Position numbers and translations under genes: made by a program. From the NCBI GenBank assembly GCA_965112735.1, contig OZ218953.1, positions 1,054,001 to 1,118,000 of the forward strand: a stretch of DNA of 64,000 nucleotides. Direction: 5' to 3'. The notes under the pieces were generated by a model. That model was given only the letters and a program-made list of their open reading frames with translations, was not told where the DNA came from and did no database searches. The stretch comes from Phaeosaccion multiseriatum. Taxonomy: Eukaryota; Protista; Ochrophyta, other classes. Position 1 is the stretch's first letter. Every line of letters begins with the position of its first letter. This document shows positions 12,555-25,299 of this stretch, piece by piece.

Positions 12555-14983
12555 TGAGAGGAGAGGGCAGGGCGGCGAGAGGGGCATTCCCATCCCTCCA
12601 TCCCCCCTACGTGGTCACTTCACTTCATAAGACCTCTTCTCCTCACCACTTGAACTTTGCACTACTACTTGTCCTTGGAGGCACCTCGGAGCATGCACAG
12701 AAGCTTCGACATCGATCCCAATGTGACTTTGGTTGACAAGTTCAAGGAAACTGACAAGCGCCAGCTTGCACTGCACTCACTCACCACTTCAAGCTGGCCC
12801 GACACGGACTTGAAGAAGGCCGTGGGGCGAACGATAGAGTAGCCTAGCTTGCCCTCTCTGCAGAAGCGGAAACCCGACAACCGACAGCCGGGTCGCGCAA
12901 GAGCCATACAGTTGGTGATACAGAAGCAGCAGCGGCAGCAGCAGTCGGCGAGGAAGAAGGAATGAGGGTCAGCACGAGTGCGCAGAGGGGCAGAGGGGGC
13001 GTCAGAGCACAGTACAAGGGCAGGGGGGGTGAAGCATCGCCTCGGCAGAGGGAGAGAGAGAGAGCCTCAAGAGAGCTGCCAATACTGCCACGGAATCCTC
13101 CGAGAAGGGAAGGAGGGGAGGGTCAAAGCGGAGTATTGAGCCTCTATCCTATCCGAGAGGGACGGTCAAAGCAGCGGCTCCCAAGGCAGCAGCTCCCTCT
13201 GCGCGATCAGCGTTCCTCGTCCTGTTGTTCCTTCCTTCCCTGCTTCGAAGCGTCCGGTGACGCAGAGCAATTACCCTACCCCCCCCCAACCTAGCCACAG
13301 CAACAACACTCCTGCCTCGGGGCTTCTTTCTCATCTTCTTTCTTCTGCCGCACTGCAGATGGAGACTCCCCCTCCCCCCACCCCCTCTCTTTCTCTCTAC
13401 GTGTGATTGTTTGCACTCACTCTCCAGCCTTAACGAGAGCCTCCTCAAACTTGAGTTTCGCATTCTGAAACTGCAACAGGGGCTTCTTGACGCAAAAGGC
13501 GCTCAGCATGACAAAGTGCTGTGACTTGGCCTCCACAGCCGCGTCAAGGCAGTTCAGAGTTGCCTTTTTCGGTTTTCGGGCGTTTTTTTTGGTGTTTGCG
13601 TGTAGGCGCGTGGGTGTGGAGTTCAAACGAGCGAGGTACAGAGGGAGAGAGAGAGGGAGAGGGAGGGAGGGAGAGAGAGAAGAGAGCGAGGGAGGGAGGG
13701 AGAAAGAGAGAGAGAGAAGAGAGCGAGGGAGGGAGGGAGAAATAGAGAGAGAGACGAGAGCGAGGGAGGGAGGGAGAAAGAGAGAGAGAGACCGTTAGAG
13801 GGTGTACGGGCACACGCAGCAACGTACAGGGGAGTAGGTGGAGACAATATATGTGCACATTCACGAGAGAAGCACAAGACACATAGGTGAGTCTGATGGG
13901 AGGCAAGCAAGCATATGCCCAGTGCCTGCAGCGCGTCCCTGCATAGGTCCCACTTGTCCTCCTCATGCCCTCACCCCCCTCACCCCCCATCACCGCCTCA
14001 CCGCCTCACCTGGTAGTCAATCGCGTAGGAGTCCGACTTTGTTCCGCTGCGAGAGGCAAGGCACGATATGACGGCGTCCACCTGAGAGGCGTGAGGTGGT
14101 GAGGCAGTGAGGTAGCGACGTCGCGAGGTCGTGAGGTTGTGAGGTAATGAAGAGGGGGATGAGATGGTGGGGCTGTTGCACGCAGCAGGAGGTCGTGTGA
14201 AGCCTGAGGCGTGCTGTGGTGCTCTAGCAAGGCGGATCTCGCAGCGGGAGAAGAAGCCCCCCCCCGGTATGTTCCTGTCCACTCCTCCTCCTCCTCCTTC
14301 TCTCCACATCATTTGTCATTGGTATCCGTCTTATCTTTCCGGCTCCTCCTTACCTTCTGGTCTTTGCACAGCTGCTTTAGGGCTTCCGCATCAGTGACCT
14401 CTCCCTGCACCACCTCTGCCCCATCAAAGACCGCCTGTCCCTCCGTCCGTGACGGGTCCCTGCACACGGCAAGGGTCTTGTAGCCCTGCTTCACGCACTG
14501 CTGCACCACAAACTTGCCAATGTCTGTCACCATTCACGGGGCGGGGAGGAGCAGCGCAGAGGGAGGGTCAGTCTAGTCAGCCAACAAGGAGAAGGGAGGG
14601 GATTGAAAAGCAGCGCAGCGGGCCTCTCTTCCTCTCTCTCGCTCTCTCTCTCTCTCCCTAGTCACCGGGTTCAGAGTTGATGGTCGGGGTACCTAGAGCA
14701 GTCGGGTGTGTGTTCACCCTCCTCCTTGAGACTCTTCCCTCATACCCTCCCTTCACTCACATCCAGTGGCGCCGGCCACGAGCACGGTGGTGTCCTCAGG
14801 CTTTCCCGTAACGGTCATCTGTAAGCTCGACCTCCTTCCCGCCCCGCTGCTGCACGCTTGCCTCTGCTGCAGAGGGCGCGATAGGGTAGTGTGGACAAAG
14901 CCCGAGACATTCGCAAAGAAGACACAGCAGCTAAAACTCAGCACCAGCAGCAGCACCAGCGGTTGTTGCGATTGGTGCCGCAT
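11358..14983 (-). CDS. DVR: NADPH-type divinyl (proto)chlorophyllide 8-vinyl reductase (BciA/N-DVR), plastid-targeted. Exons 14983-14761, 14523-14354, 14081-14010, 13563-13421, 12857-12785, 12370-12229, 11949-11864, 11594-11358
   Basis: [96 protein letters not shown]-terminal hydrophobic signal ends VSG^F. Confidence 0.93.
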
Positions 14984-15164
14984 GATTACCTTCTCCACTG
15001 CAGTGGGGAAGAGGAGGAAGGGGGGAGGGATCGAGGGAGAGGAAGAGAGGGAAAATGAAATGAATGAGCTTCACCTGAAACTTCGCATTCAATTGCTCAC
15101 GTTCCTCCCTCCCTCCCTCTACTACAGGTTGCTGAGCATTTTAAGAGAGATAAGAGAAGAACCA
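14984..15164. promoter_or_regulatory. Putative bidirectional promoter/5' region between DVR and ferredoxin
   Basis: Divergent ATGs at 14983 (-) and 15165 (+), separated by only 181 bp. Confidence 0.55.
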
Positions 15165-16512
15165 ATGACCATGAGGAGGGCGGCTCTGTGGCTGTGCCCA
15201 GCAGTCGCTGCGGTGGTGGCGTGCATGGCGACTGGGGCGCAAGGTGAGGCCCGTGTCTTCACGCCCCCACATACGTGTCAAGGGGTTTGCATGTGAAAGG
15301 GTGGGACTGTCGTATGGCGTATCTATGGGCCGGACAGTGGTCTTTCTAGACCATTGGGAGCTGCATAATATCGCTGGCTTGGGCTGAGTAGAGGGGTAGA
15401 AACACTGGAAAAGGGAGAGAGGGAGAAAAACACACACACACACAAAAGAGAGAGAGGAGGGAGATGGAGAGCATGGAGAGCGAGAGAGAGATGGAGGGAG
15501 GGGGTTGTGCTTCATCCCTGGTGTGTGTCGGACTTGCCGCAAAGCAAGGACCTCCTTTCAGCTGAACAACTTCTCTTTCGCTTCCCCCCTCTACCACTTG
15601 AAGTGTCTGAGGGCAGACAACGAAACACGCAGAAGCAAGCATCTTTGCGTCGGAGAATGCTCGTCCTCGGCCGGAACTGACACTCGCTCGTGCTCCCGCC
15701 CTCTCTTCTATCGTGATGGTTATGTCTCTCTGTGCTTGACAGGCTTTGTGTTCGTAGGGCCTGGAGCTGCTGCTCCTGCGAGGGGTGGCGCGTACCGGCG
15801 GAGTGGATGCAGCAGCAGTAGTAGCAGCAGCAGCAGCAGCAGCGCCATGGCCAGCACCATGCACAAAGTCACCATCGAGGTGAGTCCCGTCCAACAGACA
15901 ACAGGCACATTTGCCTCCTGTTTGTTACTTGTAGCCATCACGGCCGATACTGCCTCAATGTCTTGACTAAGCTCATACTGATTGCCAGGCTGTAGTGCCT
16001 GTCCCCGCCGTATTGTGACCGGCCACACACAAGCACCAGTACCGCCCCTCGCGCTGTCACACTGATCAAAAGCTGGAATATGGACAAGAAGGAAGAAGAA
16101 ACAAAAGAGAAAGAGGCCTGACGTGACGGACACCTCCTACCCGACCCATTTTGCTCTGCTCTCTGCTGCTGTCCTCCCCAACACAAACCGAATAACCAAC
16201 ACCCCAACGCCACTCCCCTCACAGCATGAGGGCGCAGAAACTGTTCTGGAGGTAGACGAGCAAACCACCATTTTAGAGGCCGCGTTAGACGCGGGCATTG
16301 AGTTGCCGCACGACTGCAAGCTCGGTGTATGCCTCACGTGTCCATCGAAGGTTGTGAGTGGGGAGGTGGACCAGACGGATGGCACCTTGGAGGACTCCGT
16401 CACATCTCAGGGCTACGCGTTGACGTGCGCCACGTACCCGCGCTCGGACTGCTACATTCGGTCTTGCGACGAGGACGAACTTGTCGGAGCCCAGTTCGAG
16501 CGAGAAGAGTAG
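15165..16512 (+). CDS. FDC1: Plastid [2Fe-2S] ferredoxin of the FdC1 type. Exons 15165-15243, 15743-15879, 16225-16512
   Basis: HKVTIEHEG..TILEAALDAGIELPHDCKLGVCLTCPSK..GYALTCATYPRSDC (Cx4Cx2C...C) with an EDELV C-terminal extension. Signal peptide AQG^FV is followed by a Ser-rich transit peptide. Confidence 0.85.
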
Positions 16513-17446
16513 AGGAATAGAGTCCAGTAAAGACGTAGCGAGCAGGAGGAGGAGGAGGAGGAGGAGGGGGGGGGGGGGCATGCTTGGGGCTGGTGGTATG
16601 AGAGGGGAGCACCTTGGAGCATCGTCGAGGCGATGCGCGGGATACATGTGGATGTGGTGTGTGAGTGAGTGAGCGTGCCTTACTGTCGTTGTGTCGGCCT
16701 CGACCCCGCCGGAGCACGCACGCTTTTTTCTTGCTGTAGAGAAGGGGGGAGAGGTGGGGGTGTGTGTGTTGGTGGCATGGATGGATGGATGGATGGATGG
16801 ATTGATTCATTGACTGACCAACCAGAGAGCAAGTGCAGACTTACGTACTTATGATGCACAATAGGGCCTGGGGGCTTGACATGGGGGCAGGAGGAACTGT
16901 CTGACCACCTACCAGAGAGCCTAGTCTGGGCCCCAGGCAGTCAAATGAGGCTCTCTGCATCATCTCTGGAGCTGGCTGGTAGACTGGTAGACCGGTGTAC
17001 CAGCGGAGCCGGTATCAGCGCTCCTGGGAGAGGATGCGAGGGCGAGGCGGGGAGGAGAAGACGATAGTCCGATAGTAGAGTATAAACGATTGGAGCAGGA
17101 GGAGGAGAGAAGGGAGAAATCAATAGAGAAAAAGAAGAGAAGAGAGGAGAAGAGAGAAGGAGGGAGAAAAAAAAATTTCAATTTATGTTTGGTGTCAGGA
17201 CGAGTCGCTTTATCGCGGTCCCCTCCCCCCCTTCTTCTTCCAAGTTACGACTCGCACGCTACCCAATCCCTCACAGCTCACACTCATCTGTCTCTCTCAC
17301 TCTCCGCAATAGAAGCGCCGCGTCTGAGCGGGCTTGCCTCTCCTCTCTCGGTCGTCTAACGTCGCAGGCCAAAGGGAAGGAAGTTCGAGCGAACACGTTT
17401 TTCGAGTAGAGGGGTGGAGGAGAGAAACGGTGTGCCCATAAGCACC

Positions 17447-19934
17447 ATGGCGACCTTTGCCGATACGGCACCCCCTGCTCCAGGGACCCTTGAGAACGGC
17501 ATTGACAACCTGAAGCTGGGGGAGGCCAATGGCGAGAAGTTAGGGACGGCGGCACCAGAATCAGAGTTTGCATCAGGCACAATAGAGGAACGAAAGCCAG
17601 GGGCGGGCACGACGTGGGGAAAGGGGCGCGTTCTCGAGGATGGCTTTCCAGAGGACCTGGTGCTGCCTGTTCGGTACGTCAAGGGAATGGGGGGGGATCT
17701 CGTGGAGGCGCGGAGGCGCTGGATTGACACCATAAAGGTGAGGAGCCAGGCCTAATAGTAACTGGAGGGCGGCAAGGCACGGGATAGGGAGGGAGGGAGG
17801 GAGGGAGGGAGAGACCAAGTTCCAATCCTGGGCCGCAGGCTGTGCGTTTATGGGCCGAGTGATGGCTTATTTGGTGCTGGAACTGGGAGCCCATTTATCT
17901 GTTTCTCTTTTCCCCCGACATTCGCTCGGATCAATCACCCTCGTCACCACCCCCTTTCCCACCACGGTACTGCCTTCTTTCTGTCTCTCTTTCGCCCGTG
18001 GGGTTGTACCACGCCTCTTCGGGCATCCATCCATCCATCCATCCATCCATCTCACCCTGCCATGTGTGTCAGTGGCGTAAGGAGTACAAAGTCGACGGGT
18101 TGCTCGAGGAGCCGCAGTCGCACTTCGATGTCATCAAGCGCTTTTACCCGCACTTTGTGTACAACCGGGCGAAGAACGGCTCGCTCGTGTACTATGAGCT
18201 CGTGGGGAAGATCAACTTGCCCAAGATGAGGGAGTACGGCGTCGATCTGGAGGGGCTCATCCGGCACTACATTTACATTACAGAGTTCATCTGGGAGGTG
18301 AGTCAGCAAGAGAGGGAAAGGGAGAGAGAGTCAGAGTGAGCAGGAGGGGGGGAGAGAGACCGAGGGATTCAATCCAGTTCATTCATTCAGTCAGGATGGC
18401 TGGGATGGGTGGGCGGACGGGTGGGTGGAGCTGCACAACGACCACCGCCGCAAGCATCTTCGTCAGTCCGTCCTCACAAGCTCTCTTCGGAGACGACACA
18501 CGCACGGGCCCCTCACTCTATGCCACATGTTCCGCATGCGGATTGCTTGTCGGCTTTCCTTTGGCGCTGCCGCTCATTGCTCCACTCCTCCCTCTCCCCG
18601 TCTTCCGTCCGTCCGTCCGTCCGTCTGTTGTGTTGCGTTCATTTGTTTGTCTCCCTCTTCCCTCTCACCCGCCTGTCTTATTAGACCCTGGACGAGAAGG
18701 AGGAAGGCAAGCTTTTAACCGTTATGGACCTCTCCGGCGTGCGCCTGTCGGACTTCGTCGGAGAGGTAAGCAAGGACTAAGAAGATGAAGATGAGGTCAT
18801 CATGTTAGAGCGGCGCTGCTGCCTCACCCCCTTCCCTGTCCTCCTGCATACGCTGCGCCCCATATTCGAACGAAATACACGGCAGCCTCTCTCCCTTGTG
18901 TTCCCTTTACCACAGACTCCAATCCTCTGCTCAAATGAATACACAACAGACCTCTCCCTTTTGTTCCCTCTCCACTGACTTCCTCCAATCGCTCGGCCGC
19001 CCTCCCCCCTGTCGTTGTCCTGTCGTTGTCCTGTCGTTGTCCTGTCGTTGTCCTGTCGTTGTCCTGCGCCTTCCCCCTCACGTACACGTACCGCATCGTG
19101 CCACAGGCAAAGACCTTCATGTCCCGCGCTGCCCGCCTTGTCGGGGCTCACTACCCCGAGCGCTCATTCAAGATCTTCATCATCAATGCGCCTCGCTGGT
19201 TCAACCTTGTGTGGAAGTTCATTTCGCAGTTCATGCACGCAAATACAAAGGCTAAGGTGTCCGTGGCCGGCTCCAAGTGAGTGCTGCCTCCCTTCCTTCC
19301 TTCCTTCCTTCCTTCCTTCCTTCCTTCCCTCCTTCCTTCCTTCCTTCCTTCCTCCCTTCCTTCCTCCCGTCCTTCCTTCCAGTGCTTCCTACGCTTGCCC
19401 AAACATGAGACTCCTCTCCAGACGTACTTGTTGTGGAGGCGGGGGTATGGGCTGCTGTAGCACGTGTCGCACAAGCCGAGCGCAGCAGAGAGATAGAGAG
19501 AGGGGGAGGGCTGTGGTTTCACACAGATGGCGACTCTTGTCCCGCTGCCGAGCGTTTCTGTCTTTATTGTTCTTCCCATGCCCCCTCCCTACCCCAACTC
19601 TCTCACTCGAACCCCTCGAACCTTTCCACCCTACCACCCCCTACCACCCTACCCCCCCGGGCTCCCTGCCTCCCTGCCTGCCTACCTGCCCATATGCCTG
19701 CCCATATACCTGCCCATATGCCTGCCCATATGCCTGCCCCACAGGTACATGGACGAGCTCAAGACTCTCATTGACTTTGACGACATTCCCAGCGCCATTG
19801 GAGGAGGATGTGCCGCCCCTTACCTCGACTCGCCGGAGGAGCAGGCCCTCAAAGCACACACTGCAAAGGTGCTCGAGGCCGCGGGACAGGTGCAGACACC
19901 ACTCAAGGCGAAGGATGCTGCCAGCGCCAAATAA
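17447..19934 (+). CDS. Sec14/CRAL-TRIO lipid-binding protein. Exons 17447-17737, 18073-18297, 18685-18765, 19107-19276, 19745-19934
   Basis: WRKEYKVD, YPHFVYNRAKNGSLVYYE, MDLSGV, HYPERSFKIFIINAPRWF, IPSAIGG. Confidence 0.9.
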
Positions 19935-20980
19935 GCAAAGCAAAGGAGCAGGGGGGTGGTGGTTAGGGGGGGGGGGGGGTGGCCCATGACGAGGGCGAGG
20001 GCTTACGTACTGGGGTTGAGGAAAGATGGAAGAGAGGCACAAGGCTCTGTTGCGGGGAGGGAGCTGGGTGGGGGTGGAGAGGCACCTCCCCACCCGTGTT
20101 CACTGGGCCGTGTGCTACGGGGGATGATCCACTTGGTGGTGGCAGTGGCGCTTCCTTGCGTCACGTCATGCTTCGCCGCTGGGCTGAAGTGGGGGCCCAA
20201 CTACGGGTTTGATCTGTTCATGTGCAGGCAATGATCGCGCGAAGTGCTTCGATCGTTCTCGGGAGGGGCGGGCGACGACAGGCAGCTGAAGGGGAGGAGG
20301 GGAGGGGCTGCTGTTTGCTCTTGCTTGACATGAGCGACAATTGACGTTTGTCATCTGAGTACTCGCCTTCGACTTCAGCACGGATCGGACGAGAATGGTG
20401 AGCAGAATACGCGCGCGGCCAAGCGCTGCTGGTAGGCTGTTAGGCACGGGGCATACACGGAAGGAGCGACGAAAGGGAGAGACGAGGCAGCACGCGCGAG
20501 GAGACCACAGAAGTTTTACCGGGTGGGGTGTCTCTGTTGCGTCCGTGTGTGTGTGTGTGTGTGTTTGTGTGTGTGTCAGTGTGCATAAACAGTATGAACG
20601 CGTGTGCCGAGGTAAATGCCTGCACAAAGCCTGATCGTTCAGCAGGATTTTGGTCCTCTGACCTCGCGTGATAAATACGTGCATGCCCCCCCTGGGATGA
20701 GGATGCGTGAGCACGAGGGAGGGGCGGGTGGGACATCGATAGCGTCGCAGCGTCGGCTACAACGGCACCCTACGTTTGTGTGTACAAAAGCAGGGTTTCA
20801 GGTGTTGTAGCAGTTTTGACAAGGGTATCACAATTCCTACATACTTTACTTACTACTGAATTACGACCTTATCAGATTGGGAGAGAGGCCGTTTCTCCCC
20901 CCAATTCTCTCCCCCGTCTTTTGGCTGCACCGCCACGCGCGAGTTCAGGGGTAGCTTAGCAATACACGGGCAACGTGATG

Positions 20981-21017
<37 letters not shown>

Positions 21018-21186
21018 TCCTCCTTATCCTCATACGGGGCCGGTGGTGTCAGACCCACGTCCTTCCTCTCACTCCCGTGCTGTGCTCCGATTTCCTTCCC
21101 GTGAGCTTGGGGCAGGCCGAACACAGCCGTGCGGTGCGGGCTTGCCCCTCGGCACCTCCCCCCCCGCTGGGTGCGGCCGCGTGTAA

Positions 21187-21256
<70 letters not shown>

Positions 21257-22724
21257 TATGTGTGTGTATGTGTGTGTGTGTATGTATGTAGATGTGTGTA
21301 TGTGTGTGCGTGTGTGTATGTGTGTGTATGTGTGTGTGTATGTGTGTATGTGTGTGTGGGCCCAAAGGATCACTCTAAGCATCGCCCTGGGCGCCCGTAA
21401 CGCACAGCGCCACCCGTCTCTCTGTGCCCCGAGGGATAGAAATGAGACAGAAGGGCGGGGCGTGGGGCCACCCTGAACCACAGAAGATGGGGGAATAGAG
21501 CATCCCCTCAGCAGTGTCGCGTGTGTTTCTGTCTTGAGGGGATGTTCAACCGTGACGTCCGGGTAGCCCCATGCCCCACCCTTCCATCTTTTTTCCATCT
21601 CGAGGTTGCTCACACGCAATCGTTTAAGCAACCACAATGCTTTCGCTGGTGTGATGCAGTCATTCATGTACCAATCATTGCTGTCGTGCCAGTGTTCTCG
21701 CAGGTTGCCACACAAATACTCGCCCACTCTCCAGAGAAGAAGAGCATGTGCACTCGAGCGCAGTCCTTCCAGGAGTTCTCAGGAAGCTGAGGATACGGAC
21801 GGGTCCAGTCGCATCTCGCGTTCATGTGAACGATCGTATCTTCTCCTTCCCTTCGATAGAGCCAACGACGTTATCTCAGTCTCCCGTCAAGACAACATTA
21901 CAACAACCTTCTCAGGGCCCCGGGAGTGCTCGCATTCATCTGAGGATCCTGTCCCTCTCCTCCTTCCGGTCGGTAGTAAAGACTCGCGCCAAGATATGTG
22001 ATAGAGGCTCGACGCTTTAGGCACAGGGCCAGTCCCTTCGTGTCTCCCTCTCCTTCCATTCGCTAGAGCCAAGACGCGATGTCGATCCCAAGCCGGCTTG
22101 GCCTTTCTTCTACCACGGCGAGATACGCTCCCCCTTCCACAACCTACAGAGAAGAATGCCTGCAAACGCCAGCACGAGGAACAGCATCACTAATACCTCA
22201 CAGGTGTCGACAAAGCGCTCAAAGGCACAAACCCTCGCTCTGGTGTTTACTTCATATTGCTCCAAAAGGCGGGTCCTTTCACCCACAGTATTACTATTAC
22301 TGGAGCCTCTGGCAAGAACGCCCACCCCCTCAGCAGCAGGAGCAGCAACAACTGGTCCCTTTTCGATATCGGCACGCCCGCGCAACGGGGCTGCGCTCTC
22401 CATCCCATCCTCCATAGCCCAACAGGGGGGCGCTCCTCAGACGCTCCTCAAGTCGTGGGGGAGGGGCAGACTTCTTCGACCCCTTCTGTCGTCGAATGGT
22501 GGCGTTCATAGCATCGCCAATGAGGAAGGAGAGGAGAGAGCGAGTAAGTTAACAAATCTCCATCGCCGGCCCTTGCTCTCATGCTCCCCTTCACCCACAG
22601 AGGCTTTAAAGCTGCCTGCAATATGCACATTTCGCAGTCTGGAGAAGCAGCAGGGGCACGAGTAGCTCAACCAGCAGTACGACGGGCAACGGGAAGGGGG
22701 CGGTGGTGTGAGCGGGCTTGCAAG

Positions 22725-24833
22725 ATGATCATGTTGGCTCTTGTTCAAAGGATTCCTCGAGTGGCCGCCTTCGGCCTCAGCAGCACAGTCAGTAGTAGAC
22801 AAGTCGCTCGCGTAGCCAGTCAGACGGTGTGGGTGAGTGGCTTGTCATCACCGGCAGCACTGTCCTCCAGTTTCAGCAGCAGCAGCAGCAGCAGCAGCAG
22901 TCGCAGCTTCAGCAGGAGCAGCAGCCGGACGGCCGTGGGTACCGCACTCGCGGCTTCGGACGCGGATGTGGAGCCCTATCTAGACTTCCTCCGTGGGCCT
23001 GCTGGTGGGTGCCTGAGGTGTGCGCAGGGAGAGGGATGGGGCAAAACAGACCCAGAGTCGAGAGTGGAGGTCCACTGTAGTCACCAAGCCTCCAGTTTTC
23101 TTCCAAACCGTCCGCGTCTATGCCTGCAACCCTTGTCTTAACCCTCTCTATGCCCCCCCCCCCCCCGCCCTTTTCCTCCCAACACGCACAACCCCCTCCC
23201 ATGGAACACACCACCCCAGTCATTCCGAACCCTCCCCGTCGCCTATCAACCTTCCTATCTCTCCTCCAGGGGCAGGGGATGGAGCTAGTCGACCCTAGCG
23301 CGAGAGAGGGCCTCATGCCCTTCTTCGTTCCCATCGCGAGAGACCCTTCTGCAAATGATCAGCTCATAGGGCTGTTGCGATGGCCCACCGCGCCGGAGAC
23401 ACTGGAGATGCCTGTCGTGCGGCACGGGGAGGTCGGTGTCGACTTGCTGTACCTCAGTGTGGATGACTACATTACAAGCTACGCCGCAGAGGCGGATTTC
23501 AAGGGTGTGGACGGCGCGCAGGTGGGTGGGTCAGAGAAGGCAGGCAGGTATAGGGGGGGGGGGATTAGGTTTGATGGGCAGAGGCAGGCAGGCAGGCAGA
23601 CAGGCAGACAGGCAGGCAGACAGACACAGACCGACAGGCGTTGCGTAGTACCAGAGTGCTCAGGGACGAAGGAATGTAGGTTAGAAACGCGACGCTCTCC
23701 CCTACCAACTAACTCGCAATCCATCAATCCACCTCGTGTCGTCGTGGAAGTACTCTACTCACTTGAAAACACCCTCCGCGCCGGCACCCCTTCACTTCCC
23801 CTCCCTCTACACCGTGCAGGAGATTGTGAACCTGTGCAACAAGGACCATCCCCCCACCACTGCGCCGTACGTGCCGGGCTCTGTGGCCAAGCTGGGATAC
23901 GGTTTGCAACGGTGAGGGAGGGGAGAAGAGAGGCAGAGGCAGCAGGTGTATAGGCCGGCAGGGAAGAGAGACTCGCGTGATGGTCAACCCCTCCCCCCAC
24001 CGCGCCGCACCGCAACGGCTGAAGCAGCGGCTACTGTTTGGACTCTGGATCGCTGGCGCTGTCTCACTTAAACTCCGCCTCTGCTCTGCTCTGACTCTAC
24101 TCTGCTGCCCCTCCTGCCGCTCCTGCCGACCACCCCGACTTCCCACAGCTACCAGCTGCTCAAATGCGCCCCTACCCCTGCCATCTATGAGTGGCTGAGC
24201 GATCAGCACCTTGCCAAGGAGAAGAGCGACGACATTAGCGCCCTCACCGCCAGCGAGAAGGCCAACTCAGTGTTTCTGGTGAGCCTTAGCGGTGTTTCAG
24301 TTTTGGTTGTTCCTTTAAGACCCCCAAGAAGAGAAGGGCCGTGTGTTTGCTGTGCGCCTCGAATAAGGAGTGCGTGTGGCTGGCGTCGTTGTGCCCTCGA
24401 GTGAACCATCACCATCGAACCCCCCCCCCCACCACCACCACCCTGTGCTCTGCTCTGCCCTCCTCCCTCCTCCCTCCTTGCACCCAAAGGGGTGGGGCCG
24501 ATCGTACGGCTACTACAGCCGAGTGCTCAACCGCCTCTACAAGAGGCAGGGAGAAGCCAAAGACGCCGCCAAGGTGGGTTGCTGCTGCTTGCCCATATGC
24601 CTCTCTGTCTGTCTGCCTGCCTCTCTGCCTTCCCATATGCCTCTCTGTTCTGGTTGTGTTGCCTGTGTGCCCCTGTGCCTGCCGCTCTTCCTGCCTGCCG
24701 CTCGGGCTGGGTAGAAGCAGATGGAGGCAAATAAGGACATGCAGGGGACAGGGAATGCATAGCAGAGTCGGTCTACGAATGGTAGAGGGTCCACGCTTAT
24801 CACCTCCTCCTCCTCCCCCTCCTCCTCCTCCTC

Positions 24834-24865
<32 letters not shown>

Positions 24866-25299
24866 ACAGGCGGCTCTCCGGACCCCCTGCTGGACAATCA
24901 CGCCATCTCGAGCCGTCCTGGAGGAGATCGTGGACATCGCGGGCTATGAAGGCATGGAGGCACAGAGGAAACTGAGGGTGGTGATGAAGGAAGACGAACA
25001 GAAGGATAAGATCACGGAGGGCAAGGCGCCACCACAGGTAGTGGAGGGAAGGAAAGGAAGATGTGGGGCGGCCGGGTAGGGCATACTGCACAAGGAAGGC
25101 AACGTTCTCACTGCCTCTCTGTCTCCCTGCCTCCCTTCCTCCCTCCCCCCCTCTTCAGGTGGCGCTGGACCGCTCTGCGCATCTGATGGACGCTGTGGTG
25201 TTCGGACATAGCTCGTGGGACGGTATCAGGGAGGAGCTGGCCTGCTTCTACGAGGAGGGCCTCATCCCGGAGATGGCCAGCTTCGTGCGCATGCAGTGA
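22725..25299 (+). CDS. PAB: PAB-like protein (Protein in chloroplast ATPase Biogenesis family). Exons 22725-23004, 23220-23521, 23820-23911, 24149-24278, 24490-24573, 24870-25037, 25159-25299
   Basis: REGLMPFFVPI, LLRWPTAPETLEMPVV, GWGRSY, EAKDAAKAALRTPCWT, GKAPPQVALDRSAHLMD and ELACFYEEGL match the recalled Arabidopsis PAB motifs in order. Confidence 0.82.

Noticed and set aside
22992-23269. Non-canonical intron in the PAB-like gene
   Set aside because: A canonical GT-AG intron at 23005-23219 keeps frame and restores the homologous PPRRLSTFL segment.
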